Under the pieces are notes generated by a model, which did not search any database, was not told the origin of the DNA, and saw nothing but the letters and a program-made list of their open reading frames with translations. The translations under genes and the position numbers were made by a program. 12,516 nucleotides of DNA from Sandaracinaceae bacterium (GTDB lineage Bacteria; Myxococcota_A; Polyangia; Polyangiales; Sandaracinaceae): NCBI GenBank assembly GCA_044220955.1, contig JBGAQA010000065.1:1-12516 (forward strand), given 5' to 3'. Within the stretch, counting starts at the first letter, position 1. Each line of letters opens with the position of its first letter. This document shows, piece by piece, positions 1 to 8,100 of the stretch.

Positions 1-1412
<1,412 letters not shown>

Positions 1413-1536
1413 CGCGCCCGCCGAGCGTATCACCCGGCCGGGGGCCGCTGCGTGCTTGACCGCACTCGTGAGCTCCACCGCGACCCCTTCGACGTCACCG
1501 CCAGCGACGGCGCGTCGGACGCGTTCCCCGCCTCCT

Positions 1537-1566
1537 TTGACCCGGGCCCGCGGCGGGACCGATACT
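1537..1566 (+). promoter_or_regulatory. Candidate sigma70-type promoter (TTGACC-N18-GATACT) for the RCC1 lipoprotein gene
   Basis: TTGACC at 1537-1542 and GATACT at 1561-1566, with an in-frame GTG 6 nt after the -10 box and no Shine-Dalgarno. Confidence 0.45.
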
Positions 1567-1572
1567 CGGCTC

Positions 1573-3129
1573 GTGACTGGCGGCGGAACCGGCTGCGCGC
1601 TCGCGCTCGCGGGCCTGCTCGTGCTCGCCGCGACCGGCTGCCAGGCCGGCGTGAGCCCGGGCGCCCCCTGCGTTCGCGCGAGCGACTGCAGCGGCTCGCT
1701 CGTGTGCAGGTTGGGCCGGTGTCGTGCGCAGTGCGTCGAGCAGCGCGACTGCCCGATCGGCGCGGTCTGCCTGATCGGGCCCGACCACGGCGGCAGCTGC
1801 ACGCTCACCGACGACCCGGACTGCCGCACGTCGGGGTGCCCGAGCCCGCTCGCTTGTGTCGGAGCGACGTGCGTGAACCTCTGCACCACGCTCGTCGAAT
1901 GTCCTCCGGGCTCGGCGCTGCGCGACCGGATCGACGGCTGCGTCCGCGGCGACGCGCCGGACGCCGGGCCGCCCGCCGACGCCGGGTCGTGCCGTCCGGG
2001 GGCGTGCGATCCCATCGTGCAGATCGCGGCGGCGGACTGGCTCAGCTGCGCCCTCACGGCGAGCGGGCGGCCGTGGTGCTGGGGCGCCGGCTCCGCGATC
2101 GCGCGCGATCCGGCGTCGCCTGGCTGCGTCGGCGACGTGTGCGCGGTCCCCGGTCCGGTGTCGATCGAGATCGCACCCGGGTCCCTGCAAGACGCGGTCG
2201 GCGTGGCGTCGATCGTCGCCCGACGCTACTTCGGCTGCATGACCGTCGGCGCGGGCGACGCCTACTGCTGGACCAGCACGCCGGACGACTCCGCGGTGGG
2301 CAACGACGGCGACGGGCGCTTCGCACGGCGGGTCATCCGCGTGGGCGGGACCGATCTGACCGCGGTCGCGCAGCTCGTCCCTTTCGCGCGCACCGCGCTG
2401 GCGCGGACGAGCGCGGGCTCTTGGGTCGGCTGGGGGTGGGACGACACGGGACAGTTCGCGGGGACCACCACCACGGGCCAGCACGTCCGCGCCCTCGACG
2501 TCGCCGAGCCGGTGGTCGGTGCGACGCTCGTGCGCGGCGGTGGCCACCACGGGTGCGCGCTGGTGGCCGGAGAAGCGTGGTGCTGGGGCGAGAACGACCT
2601 CGGGCAGGCCGGCGACCTCGCGCACGTCGGTGCGGGGGCGATGGTGCTCGGACCGCGGCGCGTGGAGGGCGTCGCCGGCGCGACCGACCTCTCGCTCGGC
2701 CGCTGGCACTCGTGCGCGCTGCTCGGCACCGGAGACGTGACGTGCTGGGGAGACCGATTCTCCGTCGGCACCGACGCGCCGGCCGGCTGTGTCCCGGCGG
2801 GGACGGACCAGGCTTGCCCGGCGACGCGCGTGGACCGCGGTCCCACCGAGTTCCGTCGGCTCGCCTCGAACGGTGACGGATCGTGGACGTGCGCCGTCGA
2901 CGCCTCGGACGACGTGCTCTGCTGGGGCTCCGACAATTTCGCGCACCGTCAGGTGCCCGAGCGCGTCGACCTGCCGCGCCCGGTCGCCGCCGTGGCGGTG
3001 CACTGGTCGCACGCCTGCGCGCTCGCGGCGGGCGAGGTGTTCTGCTGGGGCCTGAACGACGCCGGACAGCTCGGGCGCCCGACCTCGGGGATGGCGGACC
3101 TCTCGCCGGCGCCGGTCGTGTGGCCGTGA
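1573..3129 (+). CDS. Putative lipoprotein with an N-terminal Cys-rich region and a C-terminal RCC1/BLIP-II-like beta-propeller
   Basis: Hydrophobic stretch ending LLVLAATG-C (lipobox-like). Cys-rich repeats (CVRASDCSGSLVCRLGRCRAQC; CVEQRDCPIGAVC), a DAPDAG linker, then RCC1-type repeats (SCALTASGRPWCWG, HGCALVAGEAWCWGENDLGQAG, HSCALLGTGDVTCWG, HACALAAGEVFCWGLNDAGQLG). The start is probably GTG 1573 (or TTG 1537) rather than 1378, which overlaps the kinase start. Confidence 0.88.
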   Translation: MTGGGTGCALALAGLLVLAATGCQAGVSPGAPCVRASDCSGSLVCRLGRCRAQCVEQRDCPIGAVCLIGPDHGGSCTLTDDPDCRTSGCPSPLACVGATCVNLCTTLVECPPGSALRDRIDGCVRGDAPDAGPPADAGSCRPGACDPIVQIAAADWLSCALTASGRPWCWGAGSAIARDPASPGCVGDVCAVPGPVSIEIAPGSLQDAVGVASIVARRYFGCMTVGAGDAYCWTSTPDDSAVGNDGDGRFARRVIRVGGTDLTAVAQLVPFARTALARTSAGSWVGWGWDDTGQFAGTTTTGQHVRALDVAEPVVGATLVRGGGHHGCALVAGEAWCWGENDLGQAGDLAHVGAGAMVLGPRRVEGVAGATDLSLGRWHSCALLGTGDVTCWGDRFSVGTDAPAGCVPAGTDQACPATRVDRGPTEFRRLASNGDGSWTCAVDASDDVLCWGSDNFAHRQVPERVDLPRPVAAVAVHWSHACALAAGEVFCWGLNDAGQLGRPTSGMADLSPAPVVWP

Positions 3130-3165
3130 TCACCCGGACGTGACGCCGTCGTGTCGGCCGGCCGA

Positions 3166-4002
3166 TCAGAAGCGAACGATCGGCGCGTCCGGCTGCGTGC
3201 GATCGGAGCTGCCGGAGCCGACCCCGACGACCACGCCGATGATCACCGCGGCCACGACCACGACGCCGATCCCGACGCCGAGCCCGATGAAGAGGCCGGA
3301 GTCGTCGTGGTCCGCGTCGTCGTCGTCGGCGTCGATCGACGCCGCCACGGGGGCGGGTCCAGGGGCGGGCCGCGGCGCGACGAGCTCGTGCTGCGCACCT
3401 CCGCCGTGGACGATCGGGGCAGCCTCGCTCCCGGTTCGGCCGACGATGGCACCGCCAGGGCCCACGGCCTCGACCCACGCCGACACGCTCGCACCTGCTG
3501 GCACGTCGAGCCGTACGGTGCTCGCGTCGGAGTCGCTCCACTCGCCGTCGGCGACGCGGACGTGTGTGCGGAGCGAGCGGACGAGCCCGGCAGCGTCGCG
3601 GTGAACGTCGACGTTCAGGGTGGTCGTCCCGGCGCCGTCGGCGAACGTCAGCTCGAGCTCGAGCCCGCCCTCGCGCGCGGCGTCGTCGAAGGCCTCGCCG
3701 AGCTCGGGGGGAGCCTCCGGGGGGAAGCCGTGGTGCGGATCGAGCTCGGCGAGGGCCGCGAGGTCGCGCGCGGCGTGCCGCTCGTCGCCGGTGGCCCAGC
3801 GCGCCATCGCGCGCCCCTCGTAGATCGCCAGCAGGTCGTCCCGCGTGAGGTGCGCGCCGCGCTCTGCGCGATCGAAGGCACGGATCGCGCGGCTGAAGTC
3901 CGCCTGGGCGAGCCGCCGCTGCCCCTCGGCCAGCTGCGCCGACGCGCTCGCGGCGAGCAGCCAGAGCGAGAGAGCCGTCAGGCACGCCGCGATCCATCGC
4001 AT
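3166..4002 (-). CDS. Exported TPR-like protein with a beta-rich middle region and a C-terminal transmembrane anchor (function unknown)
   Basis: From ATG 4002: signal peptide MRWIAACLTALSLWLLAASASA|Q. Then a helical TPR-like segment (LAEGQRRLAQADFSRAIRAFDRA ... LAALAELDPHHGFPPEAPPELGEAF), a beta-rich segment, an acidic linker DADDDDADHDD and the TM GLFIGLGVGIGVVVVAAVIIGVVVGVG. The ORF-track start at 4131 overlaps the radical SAM gene and is unlikely. Confidence 0.8.
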   Translation of the reverse strand: MRWIAACLTALSLWLLAASASAQLAEGQRRLAQADFSRAIRAFDRAERGAHLTRDDLLAIYEGRAMARWATGDERHAARDLAALAELDPHHGFPPEAPPELGEAFDDAAREGGLELELTFADGAGTTTLNVDVHRDAAGLVRSLRTHVRVADGEWSDSDASTVRLDVPAGASVSAWVEAVGPGGAIVGRTGSEAAPIVHGGGAQHELVAPRPAPGPAPVAASIDADDDDADHDDSGLFIGLGVGIGVVVVAAVIIGVVVGVGSGSSDRTQPDAPIVRF

Positions 4003-4039
4003 CGAGGCAGCGATGATATCCTGCGCGCTCGCCGCGCGA

Positions 4040-4945
4040 CTACGGGGCGCGCTCCAGGGGCCGGAATTCGTCCCAGCCGAAGTGCTCGGGGTACTCGCGC
4101 CAGGGCCCCTCACACTGCGCCTCGAGGGCACAGCCGCGACAGGCCGGCCCCTTGAGCTTCCCTTCGTGCAGGCGGAACTCGGTGTAGTCCGCCACGATCC
4201 GGTCGTCGTCGAAGATCTTCGTGCGAGGGATGATCCACTCGGCCGCGTGACGGTACAGACGGCCGAGGAAGCAGAGCGGGATCGCCTCCGTCATGCAGCG
4301 CACTCCGGCGCGGATGCCGACGTGCAGCCCCGCCCGGACGAAGGGCTCGATCTCGCCGAATCGCGGGACGATCTCGTCGAAGTGTCGCGCCGCCGTGCCG
4401 AGCGGGTGCACGAACGCGAACTGGTACTGGTCGGCCCGCAGCGCGACGAAGAGCTGCGCCATCTCCGGCAGATGCTGGTAGTTGGCGCGCGTGATCACGC
4501 TGTTGATCACCACCGGCACGCCCAGCTTCTTGGCGTTCATCACGCCCTTCACAGTCTGCCGGAAGGATCGCTTGGCCTGGGTCAACGCGTCGTGGATCTC
4601 CTCGTTCGGACCGTGGATGGCCGGCGCGATCTCGTTGGCGCCCGCCTCGACCAGCTCGCCGAGCGCGCGCTCCGATGCCAGGACGCGACCGTTGGTCTGG
4701 AGCTGGATGAGCCTGAAGCCCAGGCCCTTGGCGTGCGCGACGAGCTCCGGCAGATCCTTGCGCAGGGTGATCTCGCCGCCCGTGAAGACGACCTCGTCGA
4801 CCTCGCGGCGCCCCTCGTCGAGGATGCGCTTGAGCTCCGCGGTGCTCTTGTCGTCACACTCGTCGCGCTTGTCGCCCTGCACGCAGAAGCGACAGCGGTT
4901 GTTGCACTGAAAGCCGACCTTGACGTCGATCCGACGGACGCTCAT
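4040..4945 (-). CDS. Radical SAM enzyme (~301 aa) with a C-terminal auxiliary Fe-S (twitch/SPASM-like) Cys motif; HxsC-like maturase by motif resemblance
   Basis: CNNRCRFC (CxxxCxxC), FTGGEITLR (GGE motif), LQTNGR, IHG..EIHDALT...SFRQTVKG, INSVITRAN. The C-terminus has EAIPLC plus CRGCALEAQC (CxxCx5C) followed by EGPWREY. ATG 4945 has GGGAG 10 nt upstream. Confidence 0.93.
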   Translation of the reverse strand: MSVRRIDVKVGFQCNNRCRFCVQGDKRDECDDKSTAELKRILDEGRREVDEVVFTGGEITLRKDLPELVAHAKGLGFRLIQLQTNGRVLASERALGELVEAGANEIAPAIHGPNEEIHDALTQAKRSFRQTVKGVMNAKKLGVPVVINSVITRANYQHLPEMAQLFVALRADQYQFAFVHPLGTAARHFDEIVPRFGEIEPFVRAGLHVGIRAGVRCMTEAIPLCFLGRLYRHAAEWIIPRTKIFDDDRIVADYTEFRLHEGKLKGPACRGCALEAQCEGPWREYPEHFGWDEFRPLERAP

Positions 4946-5039
4946 CCGGTGCGTGCTCCCGGTTCTGTGGCTCGCGCCCGGGGTCGAGCCGTTGATCCGC
5001 CGCAACTCCGACGTGCCCGCCGGAGGGGGCGCGGGGAGA

Positions 5040-5074
5040 GTTACACGGGATTTTTTCTGCAATTATGTAATCAT
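5040..5074. promoter_or_regulatory. AT-rich island with inverted repeat TTACA-N20-TGTAA in the divergent intergenic region (candidate bidirectional promoter/operator)
   Basis: GTTACACGGGATTTTTTCTGCAATTATGTAATCAT is the most AT-rich stretch I see in the window. TTACA is at 5041-5045 and TGTAA at 5066-5070. It lies between the rSAM start (4945, -) and the giant ORF start (5109, +). Confidence 0.5.
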
Positions 5075-5096
5075 GGGGCGCTCAGGTGGGGAAGCC

Positions 5097-5101
5097 GGAG
5101 G
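5097..5101 (+). promoter_or_regulatory. Shine-Dalgarno site of the giant surface protein gene
   Basis: GGAGG 7 nt upstream of ATG 5109. Confidence 0.75.
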
Positions 5102-5108
5102 TACGCGC

Positions 5109-8100
5109 ATGTCGTCTCGTGTGTTGAGCCGCAAGCTCAAGGGGCTCTTGGTCGCGCAGCTGCTGACCGCTTTGCTGCTGGGATCCTGCGCCGGAGACAC
5201 GCCGCCGGCCGTGCAGGCCGCCCCCGAGGCGCTGGTCCGCAGCTTCCCGTCCGGCTCGCTCGTCATCCCGATGGGCACCAACTACCAGGCCTCCGGCACG
5301 CTGCGCGCGTTCGGCCTGGTGTACGCGCTGCTCCGCGGCGGGGTCACGATCCACTGGACGATCCTCACCGGCAAGGCAGCCTTCGCCACCGACTTCACCA
5401 TCGTCGCGCCGGCCTCGGTGCGGAACCGCGAGACCGGCGCGGCCGTCACGCTTCCGGCCACCTACCGGGGCGGCAGCTTCGTGGTCGACGCGGCCGACCG
5501 CGCGACCGCGCTGCCGATCATCGACGCGTGGCTCGCGTCCGACACGCTCACGGTCGTGCACGACGTGACCGGCGCGTTCGACGCCGACGTGTCGCGCACG
5601 CTCACCGCGGCCCCGCGCATCGCGGTCTTCGAGGACGGCAACGAAGCCATCGCCTTCACCGATCTGAACGCCGCCGGAATCCCCGACTCGGCCGGGATGA
5701 CGTGGGCGGCGACGTCCGTCGATCTGCTCACGCCGACCCAGGTCGCCGGGCCGTCGACGACGAGCCACACCGACGGGGCGCTGTTCCGGGCGGACGGCAC
5801 CCCCGCCTACTGCCACGTGACCTCGATGCACTGGAACCCGGCGGCCGCCGACCCCGTCGGCGAGATCGTGAGCGAGGTGCGCGCCTGGCTCGACTCCTCG
5901 ATCGTCACGCACGCGTTCATGGAGTGCCACGCGATCCAGACCTTCGAGAACGACCCGGCCGGGCGCTTCCTGACCACGATGGGCGTGGCCGGCGGCGGCA
6001 ACGCGGTCAACCTCCCGCTCACCATCCTGACGCCGGACGCGCCCTTCGCGCAGTACGACGGCCCGCTGGCCCCGGACGGCGGAAGCGTCCAGTCGATCCT
6101 GCCGGTCGGCGGGCTCGCGGGGTTCCGACCCTTCGTCCGCCGGATGATCGTCGACGGGGGCGGTGACGTCCTGTGGGCCAGCGCGCGCCTCGACGGCGAC
6201 CCCAACAACGGCCAGCTGACGTATCTCGGGGGCCACAACTACAGCGTCGCGGTCCCCATCAGCGCGGCCAACGACCAGACCAACGGCGTCCGCCTGATCC
6301 TGAACAGCCTGTTCGAGTCGGGCTGCGCCGGTCCGGAGGGCGCCCCGAACGTCGCGGTCACCGCGTCCGCGCCCGCGACCAGCTTCTCGCGGACGTTCAC
6401 GGTCACGCTCACCTATGCGAACACCGGCGCGGGCGCGGCGGAGGCCGCGGTGCTGACGGCGCCGCTCCCCGCGGGCGCCACGTTCGTCAGCGCGACCGGC
6501 GGCGGCGCGCTCGTGGGCGCGAACGTCGTGTGGAACCTCGGCAACCTGGCGCCCGGCGCGACCGGAACGCTCACCTACACGATCACGGTCGCCGCCGACG
6601 GCTCCTACGACGACTCGGCCTCCATGCGCTTCTTCGTCGGTCTCACCCCGCGGACCGTGCCGAGCAACGTCGCCACGACGGTCGTGACGAGCGTCATCGA
6701 CACCACGATCGTGACGGCCGAGCCGAGCCCGACGAGCGATCCGACCGGAGACTTCACGTTCTCGTCGACCGATCCCACGGCGAGCTTCGAGTGCAGCGTC
6801 GACGGTGGCGCTTTCGCGGCGTGCCCCGCGACGTTCAGCACGACGGCGCTGGCGGACGGCACGCACACGCTCGCGGTTCGCTCGCGCAACGCCGTGCTCG
6901 TGGACGCGACGCCCGCCACCGCGACCTGGGTCGTGGACACCACGGCGCCCGACACCACGATCGTGACGGCCGAGCCGAGCCCGACGAGCGATCCGACCGG
7001 AGACTTCGTGTTCGGCTCGCCCGACGCGACCGCGACGTTCGAGTGCAGCGTCGACGGCGGCGCGTTCGCGGCGTGCCCCGCGACGTTCAGCACGACGGCG
7101 CTCCCCGACGGCATGCACACGATCGCCGTGCGCGCGGTCGACCTCGCCGGCAACGTGGACCCGACGCCGGCGAGCACGAGCTGGATCGTGGACACCTCGA
7201 CGGCCGTCACGATCACCACGCCCGCGGACGGATCCACCGTCATGACCGCGACACCCGCGATCACCGGCACGGGCGACCCGGGCGCGACCGTGAGCGTGTC
7301 GGTGGACGGGACCGTCATCGGTACGGCCACCGTCTCGGCGGGCGGCACGTGGAGCCTGACCCCGACGAGCCCGCTCGCGAACGGGATGCACACGGCCGTC
7401 GCGACGGCGACCGATCCGGCGGGCAACACCGCGACGGCGATGACCACGTTCACCGTCATGGCGGGGACGTTCGTCGTCATCGACTCGCCCGCGGACGGGA
7501 CCTCGGTTCGCACGCGGACGCCGGCCATCACCGGCCACGGCAACCCGGGTGACACGGTCACGGTCACGGTCGACGGGGCGAGCGTGGGGATGGCCACCGT
7601 CGCCGCCGACGGCACCTGGTCGGTCACGCCGGCGGCGCCCCTCACCGAGGGACCCCACAGCGCGAGCGCGACGGCGCGCAACGCGCGCGGCGACATGGCG
7701 ACGGACACGAACTCGTTCTCCGTCGACAGCGCGACCGTCGTCGACTTCCTCCAGCCGGGAGACCACGGTCCGATCGGCGACACGACGCCGGAGCTCAGCG
7801 GCACCGCGGAGCCGGGCGACAGCGTCGAGGTCACGCTGGACGGGACGCTCGTCGGGACGGTCACGGCGGACGCCGAGGGCAACTGGACGCTCCAGGTCCG
7901 GACGCCGCTCGCGAACGGCGTGCACATGGTCTCGGTCCTCGCGACCGACGCGGCCGGCAACACGGCCACCGACGCGGGTCCGTTCACGGTCGACACGAGC
8001 GCGCCCTCGCTCGAGATCCGGAGCCCCGCGGACGGCAGCCACACGAGCGAGACGCGCCCCGAGATCAGCGGCGACACCGACCCGGGCCTGCTCGTCATCG

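Noticed and set aside
1531..1538. Perfect SD-like AAAGGAGG on the - strand (CCTCCTTT on +)
   Set aside because: No start codon at usable spacing downstream, and no rRNA context for an anti-SD interpretation.
3154..3165. 12-bp palindrome TCGGCCGGCCGA between convergent stops
   Set aside because: Nearly all GC, with no loop and no U-tract; likely by chance at this GC content.
4920..5108. ORF-track N-terminal extensions of the giant gene (from 4920) and of the rSAM gene (from 5062)
   Set aside because: They overlap each other and the AT-rich promoter-like island. ATG 5109 (SD + signal peptide) and ATG 4945 (just before the CxxxCxxC strand) are better starts.
5063..5281. 72-aa - strand ORF upstream of the rSAM gene as a candidate RiPP precursor
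   Set aside because: Mostly antisense to the adhesin's signal-peptide region, with no SD and no His-Xaa-Ser or other recognisable core motif.
3845..6166. 773-aa + strand ORF spanning the rSAM gene and the adhesin start
   Set aside because: Antisense to the rSAM gene and off-frame to the adhesin; composition typical of GC-rich spurious frames.
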